DNA from: Pseudomonadales bacterium
GTDB taxonomy: Bacteria > Pseudomonadota > Gammaproteobacteria > Pseudomonadales > Azotimanducaceae
Direction of reading: 5' to 3'
Assembly (NCBI GenBank): GCA_012103505.1
Contig: WLWP01000003.1
Span: forward strand, 19,767-83,766
DNA: 64,000 bases
A program made the translations under genes and the position numbers. Under the pieces are notes generated by a model. That model was given only the letters and a program-made list of their open reading frames with translations, did no database searches and was not told the DNA's origin. Shown one piece after another: positions 10,213-20,264 of the stretch; the stretch's first letter is position 1, and every line of letters starts with the position of its first letter.

Positions 10213-10557
10213 TCAGATGAAGGAGGCGAACTCCGTCTCTTCTTGGGTCGGCAGGCCTTCTATCGGACCGCGAAGTATTGGCATATCAAGCACGAGAATA
10301 GCGATCAATCTATGGACATCGTTCTTTCTCATACCACTATGAAACTCTACGTGTGATCCCAAACACCAAACATCACTGGCCGCGGTACGTAGCTTTACAT
10401 CACCAACCCGGTCTCTGAAACCTGGCAGTTTATAGAACAGTTTAAGTCTGCAGTCTGGATCCTTTTGAACATAGGCCTCCCACTCGCTTAGGCACCCAAG
10501 TATCAGTTGTTCTACTCGCACCATAAACCGTTCCTGCTTCAAAACGCGACCGCTCAT
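10213..10557 (-). CDS. hypothetical protein
   Basis: 114 aa, ATGA-coupled to the upstream ORF. Confidence 0.6.
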   Translation of the reverse strand: MSGRVLKQERFMVRVEQLILGCLSEWEAYVQKDPDCRLKLFYKLPGFRDRVGDVKLRTAASDVWCLGSHVEFHSGMRKNDVHRLIAILVLDMPILRGPIEGLPTQEETEFASFI

Positions 10558-10922
10558 TCCGTTGGTCCTACCATCAAGCTCTGAACGATTGGACCCTCGG
10601 GGCTACCGGTACGACGTACCATCACATTAACGCCATAGACCTTTCTTTCGATCTGGACGACTTTGTTTCCGACTTCAATCTGAATTCGCGAGCCCTCTCT
10701 CGGATTTAGCATCAGAGTCCCGTCCTCTAATGGGATCAACGTCGGATCCTTTGCTAGAGAATCTTCGCAGCAAAAAGCGATGAAAAGACCTTCACTCATT
10801 AACTTTGCGTGATCCCGCCGTAGCTCATCAGGATCAACGGTTAGAGGCCTATCACTCACCTCAAGATTGCCATCCCGATCCGTCGTGTAGACCATCATAT
10901 TGAAGCCCCCACTGCACGCCAC
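10554..10922 (-). CDS. hypothetical protein
   Basis: 122-aa ORF in a coupled string; true start may be near 10898. Confidence 0.6.
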   Translation of the reverse strand: MACSGGFNMMVYTTDRDGNLEVSDRPLTVDPDELRRDHAKLMSEGLFIAFCCEDSLAKDPTLIPLEDGTLMLNPREGSRIQIEVGNKVVQIERKVYGVNVMVRRTGSPEGPIVQSLMVGPTE

Positions 10923-11446
10923 GTATTGTTTTCCCAGTAACTCCTGTTGATTCTGTATAGACGACCATCCGGACTCTTGGCTATCTTTTTGCGCGCATGG
11001 CTGACAATAGTGAACTCACACACATCGCTGCCATCTTGAAAAGATATTGATCGATCAAAGATTACGCGCGTACCCACGGGAGGCATCCGGCAGGCTAACG
11101 TGTGACGACAGCGCATACGCCATTCATTCGCGTTCTCGTTTTCACTATCCGTCAATTGATCTAGGATCCGCTCAGGGCAACCGCTACTAGCCGGTCCCGC
11201 ATTTTCGCTCATCCATTTGGTACCGAAATCTAGGTCATCTCCACGTTCGTAGCGGATCAATACAACCACCGCGTACACTCTGCGAAATTGTGTGCTCTTA
11301 TCAACTTCCTCAACGGCGATGTAAGCCGCATCTAGTTTAAGCGCGACGTCCAACGCTCTGATCCGATATTTTTCATCCTCATGCTCTGCGTGATTCCACA
11401 AATATTCCTTTACGTTCTCTGGCTTTTGTTTGAAAACCCAACCCAT
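10895..11446 (-). CDS. DUF6927-like plasmid protein
   Basis: MGW start with AAGGA RBS; FGTKWMSENAGP..CP.RILDQL...ANEWRMRC pattern. Confidence 0.65.
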   Translation of the reverse strand: MGWVFKQKPENVKEYLWNHAEHEDEKYRIRALDVALKLDAAYIAVEEVDKSTQFRRVYAVVVLIRYERGDDLDFGTKWMSENAGPASSGCPERILDQLTDSENENANEWRMRCRHTLACRMPPVGTRVIFDRSISFQDGSDVCEFTIVSHARKKIAKSPDGRLYRINRSYWENNTWRAVGASI

Positions 11447-11680
11447 TACCGATTCCTTGTCATCAAATGTAGGATCAAAATAACGGTAAGTCGGGATCTG
11501 ACAACGTCGCTTACGAAACGTCGTTTGGTAGACATCGGAGCAATACACGCCAAAAAGACACACCTGGGGCACCACGGTTAGGTCTTGCTCATTCAACATT
11601 ACACAACCCTGCTAGAAGTCATGTCCTATCAGTTTAGTGACACAAAGAGAACAGAATCTAAGGAAGGTAGTGGACTCGTA

Positions 11681-12013
11681 TTAAAAATTACGGGACGCAG
11701 GATCCACGAGATACTCGTGCGCTTCTAGTTGCTCGAGGAATGAAAATGTTCCTGGCGCCTCTGTCTTAACCTCTAACCAAACGTTCTTTAAAGCGGGTCG
11801 TTCTAGGTTTTGCCTGATACCAGCGCACCAATCTATCCAAGTGTCTTTTGTGATCCTCTTTTTCGTTCTCAGATAGGTTTGCTCATTGCAAAGATCTAAG
11901 TAGTTGTAGACCAATTCACGAACGCCTTCTAGTTCATCTTCCTTTAGAGATTTTCCTATTAGTGCATCTACGGGAATCGCCATCGCAAGAACACGATACT
12001 GTTGGTCGAATGC
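11681..12013 (-). pseudogene. probable 5'-truncated conserved hypothetical gene
   Basis: Frame continues upstream of the annotated Met (AFDQQYRVLAMAIPVDAL) and ends at an in-frame TGA with no start codon. Confidence 0.45.
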
Positions 12014-12110
12014 TCATATTGGGCTCTATTTAGTTTTGTGTTCTGTCTAATCTGCCAGACACCTAACAGCACCCCAATGGCTGTAGCGATTGACCCGATA
12101 TCAGTCCAGC

Positions 12111-13421
12111 TCATGACGTTAGCCCTACATTCTGTACAGCCTTAACCAGGAGTTTCTCTATTCCCCTAAAAGTTAGATCGTCTCCCCAATTCGGATTGTC
12201 CGTTATCAACTCTAAATCGGGCCAAACTGTAAAAAGATGTCTTAGCGCGACCATCGCCTCCACCCTGGCAAGTGACATTCCCAAACACAGGTGAATACCG
12301 TGTCCAAAGCTTAGATGTGATTCACCATCTCTTGTGACATCAAATTGCTCAGGGTCAGGAAAAACACGTGGATCTCTATTGGCAGAGCTGATGCACATTC
12401 CTACCACATGGCCCTTTTTCAACACATGACCTAGATATTCAAAATCAGCACTCGCACGCCTTGGTGCAACCAAAACAGGGGGATGAAGGCGCAACACCTC
12501 TTCGAGCGCCCTGCCAAGCGCCCGGTCCGTCTGCAAGGCTATCTCTCTCTGGTCTTTATGCTTTAGGAGTAAATAGATCGCTGCAGTGATTAATCTCGTC
12601 GTTGTTTCATGTCCAGCGACGAGCAAGAAAACAGCTGTAGCGTACAATTCCTCACCTTCAAAGTCATCGCCACCCTCCTCCGCCATGACTAGAGATGACA
12701 AGAGATCATCTTCTGGAATTTCTCTCTTGCTGCGGACAAGTGTTGCCACATAGTCGCGTAGTTCTGCATCAGCATTGAGTGCCAACCCCACTACATCGGG
12801 CTTCGACAACTTGGAGATCCCAACCAAAACCTCCGACTTCTCGACAAACCAATCAAGATCGCTTGCCGGTACACCTAGCAACCGAGCAACAACCAACACG
12901 GGAAGTGGGCCAGCGAAATGTTCTATAACGTCAAAAGGTGTATCAGTATCAATGTCATGAAGCAGTTCCAACACGATCGCGCTAATTTGAGGCTCCAGCG
13001 ACTTTATGTACGTATTCGTAAAACCTCGGTTTACCAATCGGCGTACTCTCGTGTGATCTGGAGGGTCTAACTGTTGGATCCACGGACTGTCTAGAAAAGG
13101 AAGGTCTTTTCTTCCGGCTGAACGTTCACAGATCATACGTATCGCGGGGCTACTAAACACATCACTGCTGAATCGTTCATCTCTCAGAGCTCGCTTAACG
13201 TCGTGATAGCGCAAAAGAAACCACCCATGGTGCTCCCAAGTGCGAAGTAGCGCGCCACGCTCTCTGAGAATGTCGTAGTCTCGTATTGCGTCAGACTCCG
13301 ATTTTCTGAGATTCACTACCGAATTGTTGGATACGAAATCTCGACAGCGGTTCACCCAGGCGAGGCCGCGCACCACCAGATTCATGGTATGGAGTAAGAA
13401 AAGTGATGAACCGTTAGACAT
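12111..13421 (-). CDS. cytochrome P450
   Basis: DPPDHTRVR, AGHETT I-helix, EVLR (ExxR), heme motif FGHGIHLCLG. Confidence 0.95.
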   Translation of the reverse strand: MSNGSSLFLLHTMNLVVRGLAWVNRCRDFVSNNSVVNLRKSESDAIRDYDILRERGALLRTWEHHGWFLLRYHDVKRALRDERFSSDVFSSPAIRMICERSAGRKDLPFLDSPWIQQLDPPDHTRVRRLVNRGFTNTYIKSLEPQISAIVLELLHDIDTDTPFDVIEHFAGPLPVLVVARLLGVPASDLDWFVEKSEVLVGISKLSKPDVVGLALNADAELRDYVATLVRSKREIPEDDLLSSLVMAEEGGDDFEGEELYATAVFLLVAGHETTTRLITAAIYLLLKHKDQREIALQTDRALGRALEEVLRLHPPVLVAPRRASADFEYLGHVLKKGHVVGMCISSANRDPRVFPDPEQFDVTRDGESHLSFGHGIHLCLGMSLARVEAMVALRHLFTVWPDLELITDNPNWGDDLTFRGIEKLLVKAVQNVGLTS

Positions 13422-13602
13422 TAGACGAAACTATCACATCAAAGGAATCATCTCTTAGAAACATCTTCGGGAAGCCAAAACAACCCCGATATCTATCAAT
13501 ATCGACTAACTGGACGCTGTCGCGCTTCCCGGGTGACCTACATCAATTCCAAGCAGCCGCATGCCTATGAGCATTAGGATTGGATCAGGTCTGTCTGCAG
13601 GC

Positions 13603-14145
13603 TCAGCGAGTGTCTAGCCTGTGTGTGAACGTGTACGCTCCCTCCTTAACTTGAAGGTACATATAGTCTTCATATATGCCGTATGTGTCGCCAAGCATCT
13701 GGTGACCAAGTGAAACCCCGAGATTTTCCAAAGCGTCCAAATGGTCTAAGGCTTCTCCTATTTTTTTATCTGCTAGATCTTTGTGCTTTCTGTAATCACT
13801 TCGAGCATCGGATTTATTCAGAAACTTCCCCGACTTAGGCAAATCACGCCTACATCGTTCGCAGGATTCAACGAATTCCTCTCCGTCGTACCTGAACAAG
13901 GTTGTCGGGTGTACAAATTCACTATCGCGAGAGTAGAGAAATCGTGATCTCGGTTCCGACCACTGGCAAATGAGTGCTGGTTCGCTGGCGTTGACCATCG
14001 TAGATGCAATCGTCCGTGCTTCTTCCAGCGTTTCTGCATCTACCTCAAACTCCCCAAGCACGGATCTGATGCTCATGGGGTTTTCCACTTCTTTGTTAAT
14101 ACTCGAAATGTTTAATGGTAGTTTTTTAATAGCGTACCTGTTCAT
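13603..14145 (-). CDS. hypothetical protein
   Basis: 180 aa, AAGGAAG RBS. Confidence 0.65.
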   Translation of the reverse strand: MNRYAIKKLPLNISSINKEVENPMSIRSVLGEFEVDAETLEEARTIASTMVNASEPALICQWSEPRSRFLYSRDSEFVHPTTLFRYDGEEFVESCERCRRDLPKSGKFLNKSDARSDYRKHKDLADKKIGEALDHLDALENLGVSLGHQMLGDTYGIYEDYMYLQVKEGAYTFTHRLDTR

Positions 14146-14342
14146 GGTCTTCCTTACTCGGTTACTGCACTAGGTGTCTAGCAATATGCTTTCTACGTAG
14201 TCATGATTAGCTAAACCCATACCAAAGATACAAGTAGCTGGAAGTCCGACAAGACTCGGCATTTTAGAAAGAACACAAGAAAACGTGTGCTACGCCCATG
14301 GTAGTTTCCGATCCATATATAGACACCGTGCCGCGTTACCTC

Positions 14343-14384
14343 CCGGATGACCTACCGGCACGCATGCCAGGCAGGTCAATCCGG
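14343..14384 (-). other. long imperfect hairpin downstream of ssb
   Basis: Minus strand CCGGAT-T-GACCTGCC-T-GGCA-TGCG-TGCC-GGTAGGTC-ATCCGG. Confidence 0.6.
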
Positions 14385-14400
14385 ATTACCCTAGACTGGC

Positions 14401-14814
14401 TTAGAAAGGAATGTCGTCGTTCAAATCTCCCTGGACGTCACTGCCAACAACTTTGGGCGCTGCGGCACTCATCGGGGCAGCTGGTCGCGCGTCTAGCATA
14501 TCGAACTCGCTCGCGAGCAATTCCCAGATAGTTTTCTTTCCACTATCAGCTTCCACCTGGTATGAACGCATGCGTCCCATCACCATGACATGTGAACCCG
14601 ATTTCAGATAGCTGGCCGCAATTTCTGCGCTCCGTCCAACGAACGTAACTGGGTACCATTGAGTTCTTGTTTTCAATTCCCCACTACTGCGATCACGCCA
14701 TTTCTCATTCACGGCAACGCTTGTTTTCGTAACTGGCGCGCCCTTGCCGGTAAAGCTCTGTTCTGGGTCTCTACCTACATGGCCACGGACTATCGTTTGA
14801 TGCATTCCACGCAT
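14401..14814 (-). CDS. ssb: single-stranded DNA-binding protein
   Basis: GHVGRDPE, W.DR..GE.K..T.W, acidic tail DDIPF; GGAAGGAG RBS. Confidence 0.95.
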   Translation of the reverse strand: MRGMHQTIVRGHVGRDPEQSFTGKGAPVTKTSVAVNEKWRDRSSGELKTRTQWYPVTFVGRSAEIAASYLKSGSHVMVMGRMRSYQVEADSGKKTIWELLASEFDMLDARPAAPMSAAAPKVVGSDVQGDLNDDIPF

Positions 14815-14968
14815 GCCTATTCTCCTTCCTAATTGCATTCACTAGGCGCCTAGAAATTCGACTCGCCTAGGCTGATGTGGCTTAACCACACAACGACAAT
14901 AAGACTAGATCGGATTCTGACAAGGAGGGAATCAGCATCCGTTTATCCAAACCTGAGTGCCTAAAGAT

Positions 14969-15199
14969 CTATCTGTGCAGGGTGGGAGAGTAAGGTGAAC
15001 ATCTTCCAAATGATGTGGTCGGCAGCTCCGAGCACCCTTCGGCAAGCTCGTGGAGCCATTCGGGGATCTCCTTGCTTGCACCATGTGCACGGATCAAGTT
15101 AGCAACGTCGTAACGTCCATAGCGTTCACAAGAGCTACAGCGAACCTCTATTCGCAACACCTTCCCGTCGCTATAAACATCATGGAGAGTAATTGACAT
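14969..15199 (-). CDS. small Cys-rich (putative zinc-binding) protein
   Basis: CSSC...C...C pattern, 76 aa. Confidence 0.6.
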   Translation of the reverse strand: MSITLHDVYSDGKVLRIEVRCSSCERYGRYDVANLIRAHGASKEIPEWLHELAEGCSELPTTSFGRCSPYSPTLHR

Positions 15200-15200
15200 C

Positions 15201-15216
15201 CCGTATATATGAACAG
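15201..15216 (-). promoter_or_regulatory. LexA (SOS) box-like site
   Basis: CTGTTCATATATACGG, one mismatch to CTGT-N8-ACAG, directly before ATG 15199; TTGACA at 15231-15236. Confidence 0.45.
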
Positions 15217-15388
15217 TACGAACAAACGCCTGTCAACTGACCCCTTCTTCCCGCAAAGAGCGCTTCTGAAAGTCCGCGCGATTCAAAAAGGAGAAGCTTC
15301 ACATTCAAGCCCTGCGAATCCCCCATTATCACCAGTCTTGGGGAAAACGAAGCTAGAATTGATCCATCCCCGGGTAGCTGCCAATGGA

Positions 15389-15559
15389 CTAGGGGTCGCT
15401 GTCCGAATGCTCTCGTTCCACACTATTCGAAAAAGGACGAAGGGAGCTATCTATTTGTATTGCGAACCATGACCCGCACGCGATGGAGAATACGGCGATC
15501 CAAAATAGAGATGTGCTGTAAGGGTTCGAAAATATCTCCCGACACAATGATTCGATCAT
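15389..15559 (-). CDS. small single-TM protein (56 aa), not in the ORF track
   Basis: MIESLCREIFSNPYSTSLFWIAVFSIACGSWFAIQIDSSLRP...; GGA RBS-like. Confidence 0.4.
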   Translation of the reverse strand: MIESLCREIFSNPYSTSLFWIAVFSIACGSWFAIQIDSSLRPFSNSVEREHSDSDP

Positions 15560-15726
15560 AGTTTTTCCATACTGATTGGTTTACGTGGGACCCTACAACA
15601 GATTACTGTTGCGACAACGCCAAACCTCGCGTCGTAAGTCTTGGAGTGTCCGCTAGAAGGGAAACAAACATTTTTGTGCGTCGTCGAGCGCCCGGATGCT
15701 CCAACCCTAATAGTTGGGTTTGTCGT

Positions 15727-16521
15727 TCAGCCCCTTGTTTGACATGCGGGCAAGTTCATCAAGGTTCGGATACGATCTGGCAACTGCTCTAGTTGAGTTA
15801 CCTCAGACAAACTTGCCACCGCTTCACCTAAAGATTTGGATGTTCGCCTAGGGACACCGTGTGGTTTTGGCACCTTCACGCGACCACATTTGCAGGACCA
15901 CATAGCGCAAAGATCGTCGATCTCGTCGGCTAAGTCCGTCGTATACCGAGTGTTTTCTGCATCTAGGGATTCTATTCGATGACCTACAAATCTCTCCCAG
16001 CGCCTTTCTGGAATAGCCTCACGATGAATGTACGTCGTAAGAATCAGGTTTGGGCCGTCATGACAAAAGCGAAACAAACCAGAATCGTTCACCAAAAGCG
16101 CCTCGGTCCCATTCTTTTTCGCCCTAAGCAAACTGAGGAAGGCAATCCTACCTATCCGACGCATATCCCCTCCAAACACCTGAATCAGCCTTATTGCTGC
16201 ATGTTTTGATACAACAAAGGGGGTTTCACCGTGATTGTAGTGATTCTTGGCCACGTAACTTTGAATGAAGGTGAGCCTTCTTGAGGATACCGAATTGTCT
16301 TGAATCGACATTGGAGACATTGACAACACCGAGCGCCGTTTCAGCCCCTTAAGCGATCTATCGACTGGTAAAATGCCATAGCGGGATTCAAAACGAGTCA
16401 AACCGCTCATTACCGCGTTCAACCGTTTCCCTATTTTTGGCGAATCCACACGATGAGATTTTGGTGGTGACCACTCTCGTAGATACCCTCGATACAAAGC
16501 GTTTGCTTCTGACACATTCAC
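15727..16521 (-). CDS. hypothetical protein
   Basis: 264 aa, AGGAG RBS, preceded by the motif. Confidence 0.75.
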   Translation of the reverse strand: MNVSEANALYRGYLREWSPPKSHRVDSPKIGKRLNAVMSGLTRFESRYGILPVDRSLKGLKRRSVLSMSPMSIQDNSVSSRRLTFIQSYVAKNHYNHGETPFVVSKHAAIRLIQVFGGDMRRIGRIAFLSLLRAKKNGTEALLVNDSGLFRFCHDGPNLILTTYIHREAIPERRWERFVGHRIESLDAENTRYTTDLADEIDDLCAMWSCKCGRVKVPKPHGVPRRTSKSLGEAVASLSEVTQLEQLPDRIRTLMNLPACQTRG

Positions 16522-16766
16522 GTTTGGCTCCTGTCATCACTATTCATAGAGTAAGGAGCGCAGCTTTGCGTCAATACATCCTCTACCAAGTAAGCAAGAG
16601 CACCACATCCTGGACACTCACCCGCTGGAACCACACCACCTGCTTCTACCCGCACAAAGAAATCTTCTATCTCGCCAAGATCGTTCACCTCCACCTTCGC
16701 GAGGCAATTATCGCAACGTGCTATTTCAGCGTCTAACGGGAGCTGTACCGCGCGACTACCTCTCAT
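16518..16766 (-). CDS. small zinc-finger protein
   Basis: CDNC...PAGECPGCGALA; internal ATG overlaps the upstream ORF end. Confidence 0.55.
   Translation of the reverse strand: MRGSRAVQLPLDAEIARCDNCLAKVEVNDLGEIEDFFVRVEAGGVVPAGECPGCGALAYLVEDVLTQSCAPYSMNSDDRSQT
16546..16561 (-). promoter_or_regulatory. recurrent motif (putative promoter)
   Basis: GCGCTCCTTACTCTAT, 25 nt before GTG 16521. Confidence 0.7.
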
Positions 16767-16959
16767 CACAAAATACCGTTGCGTGTTGTAGCCGAAGTCG
16801 AGCGACTGCCGACGCATCTGACAGTGTTTGTTCAGAAGCATTGTGTCGAGCTAGCGCAGCTTGTCGTACCACTGGCGCGCTTAGCTCGTATTTGCTTTCA
16901 ACAGTCGCTATAACGTCATCACAATGGTGCAAATAGTAAGTTCTCGTTGTTCCCGTCAT
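16756..16959 (-). CDS. hypothetical protein
   Basis: 67-aa ORF. Confidence 0.45.
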   Translation of the reverse strand: MTGTTRTYYLHHCDDVIATVESKYELSAPVVRQAALARHNASEQTLSDASAVARLRLQHATVFCDER

Positions 16960-17194
16960 CAGTTTTCCAATATCTAAGCTTCAAAGGAAAAATACGCGAC
17001 AAGTTAACACTGACAATGGCTTTAATTTCGGCGGATGTTATATACGCGTTGGGTAGAGATATTCACGCAAACTGAACCCTACCTGATTTATGTAACGGTT
17101 CTTACTCTATCGATTGGAGAAACGGGACAGGACACCCAGAGGAAGCAGTCGCTGCCAACACGAACGCCTTGGAGACTCGCATTGGCCGCAAACA

Positions 17195-17953
17195 CTAAGC
17201 TGTTGAAAAACTCTCCCAGCTATCTCGACAGATCATCAGAGGCACAACCTCTCCGTGCGTTTGGTAAACAAAACTCCCGTGACGTTCGAGACCACCATGA
17301 CGAAATAGCCTCCACAATAAACCACTTGCCTCGGCTGCTACTCGTTGGTTTATCCCGAAATCCTGTTTCACCAGCGCTTCTTCCGTACTGCAGCTGTCGC
17401 CATCTTTCTTGTTTTGCTTTTTGAGAGAGGGGTACAAATCAACAACGTGGGGCAATAGTCCTTGATCATCATCTCTACCTCTCCAGTGGCCGAGGATCAC
17501 CTGACCAGAGTCAGAATCGTTCCCCGTATCAACCCATATGCTTTGGTCACTCTTCTTTCGTCCTGACTTTGCGATAACGGCTCTTGCCTTTGGATCATCT
17601 ACACAACTGACGATGAGATCTGGATTCATATCTCGCAGGTCATTCGCAGAGATGTTTCGGTTCTCAAATCGCCAATTCACATCGCCAAAATTGTTGTAAC
17701 GACTAATTAGAATTTCTGCCTTGTTCCAACCAACATCCGCAGGCCAAAAGCGCTGCCGCCCAATATTTGCTTCTGAAACCTCATCGCCATCCCATGCCCT
17801 TACACTTAGGCCTGGGTGGTCCAGCCGAACAAGGAGCGCATGCATCCGGTACAGCTCGTCGATCATTGCTGATCCTGTCCCCCCGCAACCAATCAGCTCG
17901 ACATGGATTGGGTTAGAAACCCAACTAGCCGGTGTAGGGAATAGGACGCTCAC
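17195..17953 (-). CDS. PRTRC system ThiF (E1-like) protein
   Basis: IGCGGTGS, DGDEVSEANIGRQ, SCVD, DTGN, SCSTEEALVKQ. Confidence 0.9.
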   Translation of the reverse strand: MSVLFPTPASWVSNPIHVELIGCGGTGSAMIDELYRMHALLVRLDHPGLSVRAWDGDEVSEANIGRQRFWPADVGWNKAEILISRYNNFGDVNWRFENRNISANDLRDMNPDLIVSCVDDPKARAVIAKSGRKKSDQSIWVDTGNDSDSGQVILGHWRGRDDDQGLLPHVVDLYPSLKKQNKKDGDSCSTEEALVKQDFGINQRVAAEASGLLWRLFRHGGLERHGSFVYQTHGEVVPLMICRDSWESFSTA

Positions 17954-18663
17954 GATAGAAGCTCACGCAGCCGACCGAAGCTGGACATGTCCTTGACGCT
18001 TACGCGAGACATCGACCTGCTTTGTTTCCGCCAATATTGCATATGTTCAATGTCAGAAGCGCCACTGCGCAATGTAGCGTTGTGATTTACATGTGTGAAT
18101 GAGCTTTCAAAAATACAAGCTTGAATTCTATCGATAGAAGACAAATTCAACTCGCGAGGTAGTCGAGCGGTACCTTCGCATAGCACTCCGGCGCTATCTA
18201 TATTCATTAGAGGTGCGTGATAAACGATACTCTCTGGACAGGGTCTGGTGCTCCTACCTAGCGCAAACACGCTCAATCGCTTTCGTACACGGTCCACATC
18301 CCACAATAGGTTAGGCCACCAGACCTCGAATCCATTCGATTTCCCCTGCATCAAAAACCACATTGGCTTTCTCACAGCAGGTGTATGCCATAGCATTCTA
18401 TTTTCTGAATACACCAATGTGTTCGAGGGTAGCAGTTCAGCTTCGCTCTCGGATGCTGACTCAGAGAATTCACTTTTTAGTCGGCTTAACGAAATCGTGC
18501 GCCCAAGGCCTAACTTATTGTCTTTGATTCGATGCTTAGTCGCTGCGCACATGGCACCATTTGACTCGTAAAGAACATACGCTGATGCTGCAACCGGAAT
18601 ACCACTCACCGGGTTAGCTATGTTCACATTTTCGACTACGTTGACCATTTGGTGTTTTTCCAT
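17950..18663 (-). CDS. PRTRC system protein B (prokaryotic E2-like)
   Basis: YHAPLMNI...LCEG, FESSFTHVN; cluster context. Confidence 0.85.
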   Translation of the reverse strand: MEKHQMVNVVENVNIANPVSGIPVAASAYVLYESNGAMCAATKHRIKDNKLGLGRTISLSRLKSEFSESASESEAELLPSNTLVYSENRMLWHTPAVRKPMWFLMQGKSNGFEVWWPNLLWDVDRVRKRLSVFALGRSTRPCPESIVYHAPLMNIDSAGVLCEGTARLPRELNLSSIDRIQACIFESSFTHVNHNATLRSGASDIEHMQYWRKQSRSMSRVSVKDMSSFGRLRELLS

Positions 18664-18707
18664 CTTGCTAGATCAACAGTGTCCCACCGCTTACCCATCT
18701 GACAATG

Positions 18708-19874
18708 CTACTCCACGAGGGTGGCCAGACCAAGCAAGAGACGTTCAGCGATTGTAATCCTGACCAGTAGGTCTACGACCTTATCCTTTGGGCCATCGAG
18801 TGGAATCCATCCATGGTCTTCACCACCGTGCGCATACTCGTTGATCTCTTGATACATCTGTTGTTCGCGCTCTCCTAGCTCAAGCCCCATATCTACCACC
18901 GCGTACTCACCTGGAAATCTTTCGAAGTGAGGCAATGGCAATTCATCTATTCTTTCTCTTGTACTCAGCCCACGCATGGCGCTGCAAGCATTCAGTACGA
19001 ACTCTTTCAACTCCGCTTCTAGATAGCGATCCGCATCGTCGAGTAACTTCTCGAGCAACTCAGCTCCTTTTCTATCTCCTACTACATTTTTTACACGCGT
19101 ATCCATGGCATGTGTTGCAACCAATACCTCTTTCACTTCATAAACCAAACTAAGCACATCGTCCTGATCATCTGAGTATCCACTCAATTCTTCTAGACCT
19201 TCAGGCACGTTGTCACCAAACCAGCCAAGGAGCCTCTCACCCGAAATCCCTTTTAGTTCATCCAGTGCTTCTGTAGATATTCCATCAGCGAATACTCCGT
19301 GCATCATCAGCCGCTCTTTCAGAATACAATGACCAGACCTTTTGAGGCTTTCCTCCGTAAGGTACTCAACAAAGGCGCAAAGAACGTCGCCTGCTGGCCC
19401 CTCAATCTTCCCAACCAGACACTCCATCACTCGCAGACCACATTCATCTCCGATCCTTAAGCCTGTCTGCGATTCGAAGACTTCTGGACCAAACACCACC
19501 GGAAACTCCCAGCCAGAATTCGCGGCCCAGTCACAGTATTCTTCGAAAGTACTGTCCTTCCTGTCGAACCACGCAGGCAGCGCCTCGCGAACACTTACTT
19601 CTATATTTTCGGATAGGCGCTGCAACACCCCGGAGCTTACCTCCTCCACACATTCGCGCTGTTCAACACTGCCATGTTTGGACGATTGAATCGTTTCCCA
19701 TCTACCCTGATCAATCGCTCCAATGTCCTTACCCAACTTAAACAAATTGGCAATAGCGCTCGGCTGCATGAGCACACCGAGGTCCTCGGCTCCTACCCCA
19801 GACAAACCAATCCTATCCGCGACCGCTGGGTTTAAGTTCACCGTAGCTCCGGCCAATCCGTTGTACCAACTCAT
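18708..19874 (-). CDS. PRTRC system protein F-like
   Basis: Acidic 388-aa ORF at the protein F position in the cluster. Confidence 0.6.
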   Translation of the reverse strand: MSWYNGLAGATVNLNPAVADRIGLSGVGAEDLGVLMQPSAIANLFKLGKDIGAIDQGRWETIQSSKHGSVEQRECVEEVSSGVLQRLSENIEVSVREALPAWFDRKDSTFEEYCDWAANSGWEFPVVFGPEVFESQTGLRIGDECGLRVMECLVGKIEGPAGDVLCAFVEYLTEESLKRSGHCILKERLMMHGVFADGISTEALDELKGISGERLLGWFGDNVPEGLEELSGYSDDQDDVLSLVYEVKEVLVATHAMDTRVKNVVGDRKGAELLEKLLDDADRYLEAELKEFVLNACSAMRGLSTRERIDELPLPHFERFPGEYAVVDMGLELGEREQQMYQEINEYAHGGEDHGWIPLDGPKDKVVDLLVRITIAERLLLGLATLVE

Positions 19875-20044
19875 AGCGGCGGCAGGTACGGTGCGAGAGC
19901 AGCCAACTCGTGGCCATCATAATCAACCTGATGGGTTTCCATGTTGTGGACTCTGTGGCCCCTTGTAGGCAAGTCACCCATAGCGCTGTCTACTGCATTC
20001 TTGTAATGCTCCACTTCCGCTACCCATGCATCTATTTCATCCAT
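19871..20044 (-). CDS. small PRTRC-linked protein (57 aa), not in the ORF track
   Basis: MDEIDAWVAEVEHYK...APYLPPL; overlaps the stop of protein C and the start of protein F. Confidence 0.7.
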   Translation of the reverse strand: MDEIDAWVAEVEHYKNAVDSAMGDLPTRGHRVHNMETHQVDYDGHELAALAPYLPPL

Positions 20045-20264
20045 TAATTTTAGCCGGTGGCGCTTTTAGTTCGTAAACCAATGATGATTCTTCAACGACA
20101 CCGTCCTCCTCATAGAGTGTGTATGACCTGAACTGTGGATAGTTGCGGGACAAAATTCTCACCGCTTCCTGCAACGTCCGACCAGGGCACGGGTCTTCTA
20201 GCCGTAAAGGGCCGATCTTGAACACTCGGGGTAGTAACTGCGCATTTTCAAGTGGAGTTTTCAT
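20037..20264 (-). CDS. PRTRC system protein C (ubiquitin-like)
   Basis: LPRVFK...LEDP...YPQ, ends in Gly (KING). Confidence 0.85.
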   Translation of the reverse strand: MKTPLENAQLLPRVFKIGPLRLEDPCPGRTLQEAVRILSRNYPQFRSYTLYEEDGVVEESSLVYELKAPPAKING

